Source: Amoebidium appalachense (taxonomy: Eukaryota > Protista > Ichthyosporea). Taken from it: a stretch of DNA of 64,000 nucleotides. Made by a program: the position numbers and the translations under genes. A model generated the notes under the pieces. It ran no database searches. It was given only the letters and a program-made list of their open reading frames with translations, and was not told where the DNA came from. The stretch covers positions 10,658,328 through 10,722,327 of the forward strand of contig CAVNZM010000002.1 of assembly GCA_963693365.1 (NCBI GenBank). Reading direction: 5' to 3'. Each line of letters starts with the position of its first letter. Within the stretch, counting starts at the first letter, position 1. Positions 11,564 to 23,500 of this stretch are shown piece by piece.

Positions 11564-12493
11564 CTACCTGGCACGGGAAGGAACGAACCATGCCGTGGGT
11601 GACTGACGCAGCGCTGCAGCCCGGGCAAGGAGCGACGCAGGCACGCGAATAGAAAGAACAAGAGACTGGCCGGCCTGCACATACCGGCGGAGGGAGGCAT
11701 GCGATCTCCATCTACCACGCAGAGCAATCGTCTCTACTGAAACACCCCTGACATAGTCTCTCGAGGCACCACCATGGCGAAGACTGTGAAGATGGAATCC
11801 ATACTCGTTGAGGCCGAGGGAGTCACATGCCGCTTGGAACTTGGCACGCAGAACATCATACGAGAAAGGAAACAGCCGCGCAGAAGGGGGGGCGCCACGG
11901 AACCAGAAAGACAGGATGGCCAACAGGGACGGATCGGTGATGGGGACAAACTGATTTGGACCGGTCTTGGTGTCGGCCAGGCGGATGCCGCCTGTACCGG
12001 GTGGCATGTCGTGGGGAACGGGGTCGTCGGGCAAAATAAGATCCGCACGGGTGAGCATAAGCAGCTCACTGACACGAAAATAACACTCAAATCCAAGCGA
12101 AACAGCAATACCAAATAAGGGGCCAATTTTGGAATACAAATGATGGCCAATGACGAGGACCAATGAAAACGGAAGCGGGGGCGTGGTCTTTGCTGGAACA
12201 AGCCGGTTCCAACCCTGCAGGCTCCGTTGGGCGGCCTGCAGGTGTGGACCCAGGCGTGGCATGAAATGCTTGATGCCGGCAGCTGTGTTGACACAGCGCT
12301 GACGCTGGCCACGCGATGGATCAATGGCATAACATTCCTCAAAATATTCCACCAAGAGGTCGTCCAGTGCGGCGGGGGACTTGGTGTCGGTACCAGGGGG
12401 CAACCAATCCAGGAACTCAACAACAGCATCCCGGTAGGCCTTGAGGGTTGGGGGCTTTATGGCCTGGTCAGCCAGAAAACCGCGAGGGACCAT
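11564..12493 (-). CDS. ORF3, tyrosine recombinase
   Basis: Catalytic pattern FRVSE, KTG, HSLRHGG, RGRW, RRY. Open frame; probable ATG (MVPRGF) overlaps the end of RNase H. Confidence 0.95.
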   Translation of the reverse strand: MVPRGFLADQAIKPPTLKAYRDAVVEFLDWLPPGTDTKSPAALDDLLVEYFEECYAIDPSRGQRQRCVNTAAGIKHFMPRLGPHLQAAQRSLQGWNRLVPAKTTPPLPFSLVLVIGHHLYSKIGPLFGIAVSLGFECYFRVSELLMLTRADLILPDDPVPHDMPPGTGGIRLADTKTGPNQFVPITDPSLLAILSFWFRGAPPSARLFPFSYDVLRAKFQAACDSLGLNEYGFHLHSLRHGGASRDYVRGVSVETIALRGRWRSHASLRRYVQAGQSLVLSIRVPASLLARAAALRQSPTAWFVPSRAR

Positions 12494-14526
12494 CTGCAGG
12501 ATTGTGGGCTGACGGCAGCCACACACAATACAAACGAATGTCGAGGGCAAGCGTGTAGGCAGCCACCTGGCGGCATGCACGGTTCAGGCGTCGGGATGCT
12601 GAACGACCCTTAGCAACAGCCCCAAGCAGCGCCGTCGAATCAAGGCCCCAATGGTAGCGGGAGCCCCGGGCAGCCGTAGACCGACCTAATCGACGAAGCC
12701 CCAGGAGCAAGGCTTCTCCCTCCAGAATGTTGATGTGGTCGGAGTGGCGCCAACGATGACTGATGTTGGTGGTCCACCGGCCACCAACAGCTGCCAGGAT
12801 AGGTGCCGGGGGGGCGGACGGGCTTGGCTCGTGCACAGGACCGGACAGCTGGCTGTAGTGGCCACGCCGGTTGCAGTGAGGCAGCAAGCACTTCGCGGAG
12901 AAGCGTTGCTGGAAGCACCCGGGACACCACTGCACCACCCAACAAGGAAGCATCAGTGCAGAACATGGTGCTAGCAAACCCAGAACGCAAATCACAACGC
13001 ATCAAAGGGGCCAAAGCACACATCGCCTGAAGCTCCCACACCACGGGCGGGGGAAGGGGCTGTTCCCGACCCCCCAGCTGCTCCACAAAACTGTAGACGG
13101 CACTCAGAACCGACAAAAGCGGCCGCTGCAGCAGTGCCGCCCACACCCAACCACCAAGCAACTGCTGCAAACGGAGCTGCGTGACGACACCACGACGCAA
13201 CACGGCCTGGGTTTCCGCCACCAGACGGCACAAGGAAGCGCCAGACGGGCGCAATATCCCAGAGCTATGCATTTCCAGGCCTAGCAGCACCATAGAGGAC
13301 GACGAGCCAGCAGCCACATCCTTCTTGACATTGGAGGGAAGACCAGCCGGGCCGGTGACGCCATGGTACGATTCACGCTGACGATTGATGGCGGTGGCAT
13401 CTGTGCCGACCCAGCCACAGTCGTCCACATACAGGGCATGCTGCGTGGCCTCCACAGGCCGCGGCACTATCGCACAGAGGCGCTCAATGCGGGGCATTCC
13501 GGCTTGGTCAGCCAACTGCCCATGGACGTCTTGAGCCACAAGCACAGAATGCACCCAGCCCATGGGCACGGTCTTGAGGGCCGGGTACACAAGCCGGTCG
13601 GGCCCAGAAATGCCAACAGCCTCCGAAGACACAGGCGGCAATCCGAAGTACCGCCACAGCCACTCGGGGGCAAGAAGACGATGGAACTGGTTGTCCATGT
13701 CCGACTTGCCAAAATAGAGGCAATCGTCAGGCCCCAGCAACAGATCAGCAAAATCGGCAGGGTTGGGCAGGTGCACCTGGAGGGCAGGATGATCACGGGC
13801 AAAGAACAGGTTGCCACGGCGGCCGTCAAAAATGACGCGGGCTCTGGTGTCTTTGGGGACCCCAAACAGCCCATTGATGGCCAGTGGTTTTTCCTTCCCC
13901 TCAAAATAGTGCACCATGCCGCAGTCTTGAAGCCGAAGAAGCAGGGGACCGTATTCCCCACTGGGAACGTGATGCGCCGGTCGGATGCGGCGCAGCTCTG
14001 CAGGCGTCGGCGGAACAGGCTTGAGAAGGCCGCCGTCGCAGTTGGCCAAAAACGGCTGCAGCGTAGGAGACAAAAACTGCAACACGTCCACTGTGGCTCC
14101 AACCCCAGGGGGTGGCAAAGCGGCATTTGCCGCCGTGAGAGGTAGCCATCCTGTCAATACAGGGTAGGCCGCGGGGAACGCAGCCAAGACACTACTTGCA
14201 GGCTGAGCGTCGTACACACCCGCGCGTATAGCATCGTAGCTGGCCCTGCGGACAAAGGTCCACAGGGCATGGTGGTGACTGTTCACCAACCGGGTCGGGA
14301 ATGGGCAAGGGCCGCCTGCCCAGAGGTCGTTGAGGGCACCAAGACAGCGGTTAGCCAAGGTTACCCCCATCAGGCGGTGAGACAGACGTTGCCGACGGCG
14401 TTGACTCCGTAGACGGGCTTGTCCAGAACGGTCCGGCACAGGAATGGCCGGAACAGGAAACAAATCAGAGGCGGCAAAGACATGACGTGGCATAGCTGTG
14501 GAATCCTTAGAAAAATTAGGGGGCAT
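12468..14526 (-). CDS. ORF2, reverse transcriptase/RNase H with one frameshift near 12885
   Basis: RT motifs RVIFDGR, KSDMDNQFHRL, VPMGW, YVDD, LLGLE; RNase H motifs CTDAS, HINILEGEA, LDS, KGRS, NPADGPSR. The C-terminus continues in the 12468..12995 frame after a 2-nt insertion absent from the copy at ~4825. Confidence 0.93.
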
Positions 14527-14603
14527 ATTTAATCAAGGGCACGTGGCAGGAAGCCACGAGAAAAGAATATACAGAACCGCGTGCCGAACCCCCAAAGGGC
14601 CGT

Positions 14604-15659
14604 TTAGGCCCTGTGCCCACCGGTCCCCGGAGGGGTCGATGGACCGGCTCCGGATGGGCCACTGCCGGGACCGCGCCGAGCCCGGGTGACTTCGGCGAGG
14701 GTCTTGGCTTGACGAACAGCCCGGGTGGCCAAGGCAGGGGGCAGGGGCAGGCTGCGCGCAGGGAGCTCCTCAAACTGCTCTGCAACAGCCCAGTCCCCGT
14801 TGGACTGATCAGCAGTCTGCACAGCCAGCAGACGGCGCACACCAACTTCCACAGCAGGTGACTCCTTGCGGGCCTTAGGGTCGGCGGCCAGCAGCAGATC
14901 CAGCATACGGGCAAGCGTCAGAGCCTCCCGTTTGTTGCGGTAGCTGACCCAATCCGCCGCGTGGACAGCCGCAGTGACCGAGGCCTGGTCAGCCAAGGTG
15001 CTCTTGAGGTAGGAAGGGGCCAGACGTTCTTTGACGCGCAAATTGACTTTGGCGCCGCTGGAGAGCAGATAACGGCTGGGGTTGGATTTGGAACGGCCAG
15101 AGGAACGACGGCTGCGAGAGGAACGACCGTAGCCACTGCTGCTGGAATCAGAATCCTCACTCGACGATGGGGTGTATTCACTGCCGGTGTCGTACGCATA
15201 GACAGGCTCCTTGCCCTTTGCCCGCGCAGACAGGGTGCTCAGCAGGCCGCCGGCAGAGGGCTTCTTGGGGCGACCAGACTGGGCAACAGAGAGTGCTTGC
15301 ACTTGGGCAGAAATCGCCTGCAGCTGCTCTTGGACGTCTACACCGTCAGAACGCCGCTGGGGAGAGGGCGACCCAGGTGGGGGGGAGGCACGGCCGCTGC
15401 GAGGAGTGCGACAGAGCAAGTGCAGCTGGTCGGTGACTTTCCAACCGACCATCTCAGGGTCATCAAAAGCCACCGAGCGCGCCTTGAGGGCTGAAACCAC
15501 ACTGTTGACGGTTTCTGCCGGCAGGCTGTTCCAGGGAAGGGCGTTGGACTGCAAAACGGCCAGACTTTTGAGGCTTGCGTCGTCCGCATCGGTGGAGATC
15601 TCCAAAAGCTTTTCGAGGAGAGCGGCCCCCTTGGCGACCAGAGCAGGAGGAGGGGCCAT
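14604..15659 (-). CDS. ORF1, Gag-like protein of YR retrotransposon family 1
   Basis: Uninterrupted ~351-aa ORF from ATG (MAPPPALV...) in the gag position upstream of RT. Ser-rich linker and helical C-terminus (RNKREALTLARMLDLLL...GDWAVAEQFEE); no zinc knuckle visible. Confidence 0.8.
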   Translation of the reverse strand: MAPPPALVAKGAALLEKLLEISTDADDASLKSLAVLQSNALPWNSLPAETVNSVVSALKARSVAFDDPEMVGWKVTDQLHLLCRTPRSGRASPPPGSPSPQRRSDGVDVQEQLQAISAQVQALSVAQSGRPKKPSAGGLLSTLSARAKGKEPVYAYDTGSEYTPSSSEDSDSSSSGYGRSSRSRRSSGRSKSNPSRYLLSSGAKVNLRVKERLAPSYLKSTLADQASVTAAVHAADWVSYRNKREALTLARMLDLLLAADPKARKESPAVEVGVRRLLAVQTADQSNGDWAVAEQFEELPARSLPLPPALATRAVRQAKTLAEVTRARRGPGSGPSGAGPSTPPGTGGHRA

Positions 15660-16388
15660 TGCAATGCTCACAACAGACTAGAGCACGAAAACTTGAAAAC
15701 GAAGACGGGAAAATGCAAAAACGTGGGAAAACCGACACCGCAAAAAACGTCCGAAAACCAGCTAAAACGCAACGGCGCGCACGTAACACTCTTACCAGAT
15801 GATGTCGAAGCTAAGCGCGAGCTCGTGGGCAAAAAAAACTAGAGAAAAAACGAACAAGAGCGCGAAAAATGTGGACTAGAGTTGCAAAAACTTAGCTAAA
15901 AAATTGGGCCTAAAGAGACCTAAGCCCGCTCAGTAGCGCCGCAACTGACCTCCCTGGGGCCGCGCAAGCTCATTATAGAGCGCAGCCCACATTTTTGCCT
16001 ATGGAAATATGAAGAAATGACTTAGAACCTATCAAATCCATGAAATCTACCAAAATGGAATTTTTGCTGCACATCAACCAATGAAAAATTTTCACAAGTG
16101 GTTAAAACCCCTAGATCACAAAGACCAAATCGATTGCCGCCCATTTCGGACTAGATATAACTCAAACTCATCAAAATATCCATATGGCATATCCCACAGA
16201 ACATAAAAACAGTTACAACTCCCTAAATAAAAATGCTAGCAGCCGGAAACTTTGCACACACCTCAAAAACACCAAGGCCTACAACATGCTACTACTACGA
16301 AGTTTACAGCACACTCGCAACACACAATTTCACCCCAACGGGGCTATCTAATTCTCCTGCAAAGAAAACACGTTTACAAACTAAATAT

Positions 16389-17692
16389 TTTTATGCCAAC
16401 GTCGTCTTTACCAGCCCCAGCAAGGGGATACATGAGCCGGTGCCTGTGGATCAATCTCACAAGCAGGCACAGGTGTGCTCCACCACTCCCTATCTGGCAC
16501 GGGAAGGAACGAGCCATGCCGTGGGTGACTGACGCAGCGCTGCAGCCCGGGCAAGGAGCGACGCAGGCACCCAAATAGAAAGAACAAGAGACTGGCCGGC
16601 CTGCACATACCGGCGGAGGGAGGCATGCGATCTCCACCGACCACGCAGAGCAATCGTCTCTACCGAAACACCCCTGACGTAGTCTCTCGAGGCACCACCA
16701 TGGCGAAGACTGTGAAGATGGGAACCCATATTCGTTGAGGCCGAGGGAGTCACATGCCGCTTGGAACTTGGCACGCAGAACATCATACGAGAAAGGAAAC
16801 AGCCGCGCAGAAGGGGGGGCACCACGGAACCAGAAAGACAGGATGGCCAACAGGGATGGATTGGTGATGGGGACAAACTGATTTGGACCGGTCTTGGTGT
16901 CGGCCAGGCGGAGGCCGCCTGTACCGGGTGGCATGTCGTGGGGAACGGGGTCGTCGGGCAAAATAAGATCCGCACGGGTGAGCATAAGCAGCTCACTGAC
17001 ACGAAAATAACGCTCAAATCCGAGCAAAACAGCAATACCAAACAAGGGGCCAATATTGGAATACAAATGATGGCCAATGACGAGGACCAATGAAAACGGA
17101 AGCGGGGGCGTGGTCTTTGCTGGAACAAGCCGGTTCCAGCCCTGCAGGCTCCGTTGGGCGGCCTGCAGGTGTGGACCCAGGCGTGGCATGAAATGTTTGA
17201 TGCCGGCAGCTGTGTTGACACAGCGCTGACGCTGGCCACGCGATGGATCAATGGCATAACACTCCTCAAAATACTCCACCAGGAGGTCGTCCAGTTCGGC
17301 GGGGGACTTGGTGTCGGTGCCAGGGGGCAACCAATCCAGGAACTCAACAACAGCATCCCGGTAGGCCTTGAGGGTTGGGGGCTTCATGGCCTGGTCAGCC
17401 AGAAAACCGCGAGGGACCATCTGCAGGATTGTGGGCTGACGGCAGCCACACACAATACAAACGAATATCGAGGGCAAGCGTGTAGGCAGCCACCTGGCGG
17501 CATACACAGTTTAAGGCGTCGGGATGCTGAACGACCCTTAGCACAAGCAGTGCCGTCAAATCCAGGCCCCAAAGATAGCGGGAGCTCCGTGCAGCCGTAG
17601 ACGGACCTAATCGACGAAGCCCCAGGAGCAAGGCTTCTCCCTCCAGAATGTTGATGTGGTCGGAGTGGCGCCAACGATGACTGATGACGATG
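16389..17692 (-). pseudogene. 3' part of a family 1 copy (RNase H end, frameshifted YR, B1)
   Basis: YR frame 16374..17507 shifts just before HSLRHGG; RNase H begins abruptly at ISHRWRH next to an A repeat. Confidence 0.88.
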
Positions 17693-18421
17693 ATATTAAG
17701 TTTGTAAACGTGTTTTCTTTGCAGGAGAATTAGATAGCCCTGTTGGAGTGAAATTGTGTGTTGCGAGTGTGCTGTAAACTTCGTGGTAGTATAATGTTGT
17801 AGGCCATGGTGTGTTTGATGTGTTTGCAAAGTTTCAGGCTGCTAGCATTTTTATTTAGGGAGCTGTAGCTGTTTTTATGTTCTGTGGGATATGCCATATG
17901 GATATATTGATGAGTTTGAGTTATATCTAGTCCGAAATGGGCGGCAATCGATTTGGTCTTTGTGATCTAGGGGTTTTAACCACTTGTGAAAATTTTTCAT
18001 TGGTTGATGTGCAGCAAAAATTCCATTTTGGTAGATTTCATGGATTTGATAGGTTCTAAGTCATTTCTTCATATTTCCATAGGCAAAAATGTGGGCTGCG
18101 CTCTATAATGAGCTTGCGCGGCCCCAGGGAGGTCAGTTGCGGCGCTACTGAGCGGGCTTAGGTCTCTTTAGGCCCAATTTTTTAGCTAAGTTTTTGCAAC
18201 TCTAGTCCACATTTTTCGCGCTCTTGTTCGTTTTTTCTCTAGTTTTTTTTGCCCACGAGCTCGCGCTTAGCTTCGACATCATCTGGTAAGAGTGTTACGT
18301 GCGCGCCGTTGCGTTTTAGCTGGTTTTCGGACGTTTTTTGCGGTGTCGGTTTTCCCACGTTTTTGCATTTTCCCGTCTTCGTTTTCAAGTTTTCGTGCTC
18401 TAGTCTGTTGTGAGCATTGCA

Positions 18422-19477
18422 ATGGCCCCTTCTCCTGCTCTGGTCGCCAAGGGGGCCGCTCTCCTCGAAAAGCTTTTGGAGATCTCCACCGATGCGGACG
18501 ACGCAAGCCTCAAAAGTCTGGCCGTTTTGCAGTCCAACGCCCTTCCCTGGAACAGCCTGCCGGCAGAAACCGTCAACAGTGTGGTTTCAGCCCTCAAGGC
18601 GCGCTCGGTGGCTTTTGATGACCCTGAGATGGTCGGTTGGAAAGTCACCGACCAGCTGCACTTGCTCTGTCGCACTCCTCGCAGCGGCCGTGCCTCCCCC
18701 CCACCTGGGTCGCCCTCTCCCCAGCGGCGTTCTGACGGTGTAGACGTCCAAGAGCAGCTGCAGGCGATTTCTGCCCAAGTGCAAGCACTCTCTGTTGCCC
18801 AGTCTGGTCGCCCCAAGAAGCCCTCTGCCGGCGGCCTGCTGAGCACCCTGTCTGCGCGGGCAAAGGGCAAGGAGCCTGTCTATGCGTACGACACCGGCAG
18901 TGAATACACCCCATCGTCGAGTGAGGATTCTGATTCCAGCAGCAGTGGCTACGGTCGTTCCTCTCGCAGCCGTCGTTCCTCTGGCCGTTCCAAATCCAAC
19001 CCCAGCCGTTATCTGCTCTCCAGCGGCGCCAAAGTCAATTTGCGCGTCAAAGAACGTCTGGCCCCTTCCTACCTCAAGAGCACCTTGGCTGACCAGGCCT
19101 CGGTCACTGCGGCTGTCCACGCGGCGGATTGGGTCAGCTACCGCAACAAACGGGAGGCTCTGACGCTTGCCCGTATGCTGGATCTGCTGCTGGCCGCCGA
19201 CCCTAAGGCCCGCAAGGAGTCACCTGCTGTGGAAGTTGGTGTGCGCCGTCTGCTGGCTGTGCAGACTGCTGATCAGTCCAACGGGGACTGGGCTGTTGCA
19301 GAGCAGTTTGAGGAGCTCCCTGCGCGCAGCCTGCCCCTGCCCCCTGCCTTGGCCACCCGGGCTGTTCGTCAAGCCAAGACCCTCGCCGAAGTCACCCGGG
19401 CTCGGCGCGGTCCCGGCAGTGGCCCATCCGGAGCCGGTCCATCGACCCCTCCGGGGACCGGTGGGCACAGGGCCTAA
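18422..19477 (+). CDS. ORF1 Gag-like protein, intact copy
   Basis: Translation equals 14604-15659 except one residue (P to S). Confidence 0.8.
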   Translation: MAPSPALVAKGAALLEKLLEISTDADDASLKSLAVLQSNALPWNSLPAETVNSVVSALKARSVAFDDPEMVGWKVTDQLHLLCRTPRSGRASPPPGSPSPQRRSDGVDVQEQLQAISAQVQALSVAQSGRPKKPSAGGLLSTLSARAKGKEPVYAYDTGSEYTPSSSEDSDSSSSGYGRSSRSRRSSGRSKSNPSRYLLSSGAKVNLRVKERLAPSYLKSTLADQASVTAAVHAADWVSYRNKREALTLARMLDLLLAADPKARKESPAVEVGVRRLLAVQTADQSNGDWAVAEQFEELPARSLPLPPALATRAVRQAKTLAEVTRARRGPGSGPSGAGPSTPPGTGGHRA

Positions 19478-19554
19478 ACGGCCCTTTGGGGGTTCGGCAC
19501 GCGGTTCTGTATATTCTTTTCTCGTGGCTTCCTGCCACGTGCCCTTGATTAAAT

Positions 19555-20751
19555 ATGCCCCCTAATTTTTCTAAGGATTCCACAGCTATGCCACGTCATG
19601 TCTTTGCCGCCTCTGATTTGTTTCCTGTTCCGGCCATTCCTGTGCCGGACCGTTCTGGACAAGCCCGTCTACGGAGTCAACGCCGTCGGCAACGTCTGTC
19701 TCACCGCCTGATGGGGGTAACCTTGGCTAACCGCTGTCTTGGTGCCCTCAACGACCTCTGGGCAGGCGGCCCTTGCCCATTCCCGACCCGGTTGGTGAAC
19801 AGTCACCACCATGCCCTGTGGACCTTTGTCCGCAGGGCCAGCTACGATGCTATACGCGCGGGTGTGTACGACGCTCAGCCTGCAAGTAGTGTCTTGGCTG
19901 CGTTCCCCGCGGCCTACCCTGTATTGACAGGATGGCTACCTCTCACGGCGGCAAATGCCGCTTTGCCACCCCCTGGGGTTGGAGCCACAGTGGACGTGTT
20001 GCAGTTTTTGTCTCCTACGCTGCAGCCGTTTTTGGCCAACTGCGACGGCGGCCTTCTCAAGCCTGTTCCGCCGACGCCTGCAGAGCTGCGCCGCATCCGA
20101 CCGGCGCATCACGTTCCCAGTGGGGAATACGGTCCCCTGCTTCTTCGGCTTCAAGACTGCGGCATGGTGCACTATTTTGAGGGGAAGGAAAAACCACTGG
20201 CCATCAATGGGCTGTTTGGGGTCCCCAAAGACACCAGAGCCCGCGTCATTTTTGACGGCCGCCGTGGCAACCTGTTCTTTGCCCGTGATCATCCTGCCCT
20301 CCAGGTGCACCTGCCCAACCCTGCCGATTTTGCTGATCTGTTGCTGGGGCCTGACGATTGCCTCTATTTTGGCAAGTCGGACATGGACAACCAGTTCCAT
20401 CGTCTTCTTGCCCCCGAGTGGCTGTGGCGGTACTTCGGATTGCCGCCTGTGTCTTCGGAGGCTGTTGGCATTTCTGGGCCCGACCGGCTTGTGTACCCGG
20501 CCCTCAAGACCGTGCCCATGGGCTGGGTGCATTCTGTGCTTGTGGCTCAAGACGTCCATGGGCAGTTGGCTGACCAAGCCGGAATGCCCCGCATTGAGCG
20601 CCTCTGTGCGATAGTGCCGCGGCCTGTGGAGGCCACGCAGCATGCCCTGTATGTGGACGACTGTGGCTGGGTCGGCACAGATGCCACCGCCATCAATCGT
20701 CAGCGTGAATCGTATTTCAATAGGCAAAAATGTGGGCCGCGTATAAAATGA
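19555..20751 (+). pseudogene. Truncated RT (ends just after YVDD)
   Basis: Same translation as the ORF2 N-terminal part up to 20714, then fused to the 3' end of an A repeat. Confidence 0.88.
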
Positions 20752-21297
20752 GCTTGCGCGGCCCCAGGGAGGTCAGTTGCGGCGCTACTGAGCGCGCTTA
20801 GGTCCCTTTAGACCCAATTTTTTAGCTAAGTTTTTGCCCACCCACCACACCCTTTGCCTATTTAGGCACTAGGCTACGTTTTTTGAGCATGTTTCTGTAT
20901 GACCTTTGTCATTCTTTTCATTGCTCCTGTGGAGCACACCTGTGCCTGCTTGTGAGATTGATCCACAGGCACCGGCTCATGTATCCCCTTGCTGGGGCTG
21001 GTAAAGACGAGGTTGGCATAAGAATATCGCGTTCATCTTGTCTAAGCCCTGGTCCCCAGCTGTCACCCTCTCTCCAGCGTTGTTCTGACGGTGTAGACGT
21101 CCAAGAGCAGCTTTCTTTCTGACATTTGTCATTCTTTTCATTGCTCCTGTGGAGCACACCTATGCCTGCTTGTAAGGATGATCCACAGGCACCGGCTCAT
21201 GTATCCCCTTGCTGGGGCTGGTAAAGACGACGTTGGCATAAGAATGGCCGTGTTCCCATTTGTGCCTTTTCGGCCTACAGTGGTGCCTTCCCACCCA

Positions 21298-21828
21298 TGG
21301 TTCGTTTTTAAACGGGTTTTCTTTGAGAAACGGCCGCAGCCACGACGATTAATTGACATGTGGAAATTCGAACTGCCAGCTACTTGATTGGTTAGTCTCT
21401 TGGTATGGCTTAGCCAATCAGTTCTCTGTACGTAAATGTAAGTGCAATGATTGGTCCTGTTTAAGTGTAGCCATATTTGGTCTTTACATTCCCCTGTAGC
21501 CAATCAGATGTTGTGAGCCATATCCTGCGTGTATATAAACCGCTAGCCCGAAGATTCGTAGGCCTCTCAGTCGCTGGCACTGCTCCTGAGCAGAATGTGT
21601 CCTTAGTCTAGCAAGTTGGCAGGGCCTCCTAAAGCCCGTAAACGGTTGTTTTCTCCAGTCAAGCATTTTGTTTTTCCCGCCCACCCTCCCTTGAGTGGCT
21701 GTGGTGATGGCCTGCCATCTAAAGTGTGTGTCCTTGGAGAGCACACGTGTTTGTGTGTGGCAGCTACACACGACACTGCAAGTAATCTATCCCCTTGCTA
21801 GGGCGAGTAAAGAGTGACGGCACAAGAA
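21298..21828 (+). mobile_element. Non-coding mini YR element, independent insertion
   Basis: Diverged homolog of 9934-10479 with the same endpoints and different flanks. Confidence 0.82.
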
Positions 21829-22570
21829 CTAGTTTTCCCAGTCTTTGGTGCCCTTTTTGTGTCGCGCCAGCCCCGCCTCAGGCATAGCCCTGCTGCCACC
21901 ATGTTGTTCCTTCTCTGGCCGCGATGCCTTGGTTTGGTGGCGCTGTTTCGTCCTCCTACCGCGGGTCGCTCCCCTCCCCACTCATCCTCGCGCTCATCTT
22001 GTTTTGGCCCTGGCCCCCCACAGGCCATGGGCCTTCCAGCTTAAGTAGCCTGGTTCGGGCCTACGCACAGGTTTTTCTTTCTGTTTGCGGTGCTTCCGCC
22101 CGTGCCTTTCGTTGTCGTTAATAATGGCCCCGGTAATTTCAATGGAAGCTCATTCTATGCCAGTCAGCCCTTTGCCGCCTCTGATCTTTTCCCCATCCCA
22201 ACCATTCCTGTCCCTACTCGTCGTGACCCTGCAGCCGGTCCCCTTCGCAGCCAGCGCCGCCGGCAGCGTTTGTCTCGCCATGTGTCTGCTGTCGCGCTGG
22301 CTAACCGCTGTATTTGCTCCCTCAACGAGTTGTGGGCAGGTGGCCCTTTCCATTTTCCGTCTCGGTCGGTGAACAGTAACCACCAAGCCTTCTGGACCTT
22401 TGTCCTGAGGGCACCCCAACGGGGCTATCTAATTCTCCTGCAAAGAAAACACGTTTACAAACTAAATATTCTTATGCCAACGTCGTCTTTACCAGCCCCA
22501 GCAAGGGGATACATGAGCCGGTGCCTGTGGATCAATCTCACAAGCAGGCACAGGTGTGCTCCACCACTCC

Positions 22571-23500
22571 CTATCTGGCACGGGAAGGAACGAGCCATGC
22601 CGTGGGTGACTGACGCAGCGCTGCAGCCCGGGCAAGGAGCGACGCAGGCACCCAAATAGAAAGAACAAGAGACTGGCCGGCCTGCACATACCGGCGGAGG
22701 GAGGCATGCGATCTCCACCGACCACGCAGAGCAATCGTCTCTACCGAAACACCCCTGACGTAGTCTCTCGAGGCACCACCATGGCGAAGACTGTGAAGAT
22801 GGGAACCCATATTCGTTGAGGCCGAGGGAGTCACATGCCGCTTGGAACTTGGCACGCAGAACATCATACGAGAAAGGAAACAGCCGCGCAGAAGGGGGGC
22901 ACCACGGAACCAGAAAGACAGGATGGCCAACAGGGATGGATTGGTGATGGGGACAAACTGATTTGGACCGGTCTTGGTGTCGGCCAGGCGGAGGCCGCCT
23001 GTACCGGGTGGCATGTCGTGGGGAACGGGGTCGTCGGGCAAAATAAGATCCGCACGGGTGAGCATAAGCAGCTCACTGACACGAAAATAACGCTCAAATC
23101 CGAGCAAAACAGCAATACCAAACAAGGGGCCAATATTGGAATACAAATGATGGCCAATGACGAGGACCAATGAAAACGGAAGCGGGGGCGTGGTCTTTGC
23201 TGGAACAAGCCGGTTCCAGCCCTGCAGGCTCCGTTGGGCGGCCTGCAGGTGTGGACCCAGGCGTGGCATGAAATGTTTGATGCCGGCAGCTGTGTTGACA
23301 CAGCGCTGACGCTGGCCACGCGATGGATCAATGGCATAACACTCCTCAAAATACTCCACCAGGAGGTCGTCCAGTTCGGCGGGGGACTTGGTGTCGGTGC
23401 CAGGGGGCAACCAATCCAGGAACTCAACAACAGCATCCCGGTAGGCCTTGAGGGTTGGGGGCTTCATGGCCTGGTCAGCCAGAAAACCGCGAGGGACCAT
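22571..23500 (-). pseudogene. YR copy in the second duplication unit (open only through two compensating indels)
   Basis: 338-aa frame with catalytic motifs but an out-of-frame stretch (LLRGCFLSRMMF...) between the indels. Confidence 0.75.

Larger units (their letters stand above)
10771..16388 (-). mobile_element. Near-full-length tyrosine-recombinase retrotransposon (DIRS order, PAT/Ngaro-type split direct repeats), family 1
   Basis: Read on the minus strand: A (15884-16388), ORF1, RT/RNase H, YR, B1 (11462-11556), A2 (10958-11461), spacer, B2 (10771-10866). This is the A1-ORFs-B1-A2-B2 layout. Confidence 0.93.

Noticed and set aside
13363-15494. Antisense and overlapping ORFs within family 1 (260 aa, 219 aa, 177 aa)
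   Set aside because: Shadow frames of GC-rich coding DNA; they recur only because the copies are near-identical.
19460-19575. Programmed +1 frameshifting (GCC-TAA, CCC-TAA) linking ORF1 to ORF2
   Set aside because: It would need two shifts. ORF2 has its own ATGs, and both are present at aligned positions in subfamily 2.
21246-21297. GGCCGTGTTCCCATT as the partner Harbinger TIR
   Set aside because: Only a partial match to the 33120 end, with no subterminal repeats or matching TSD; it is embedded in YR fragments.
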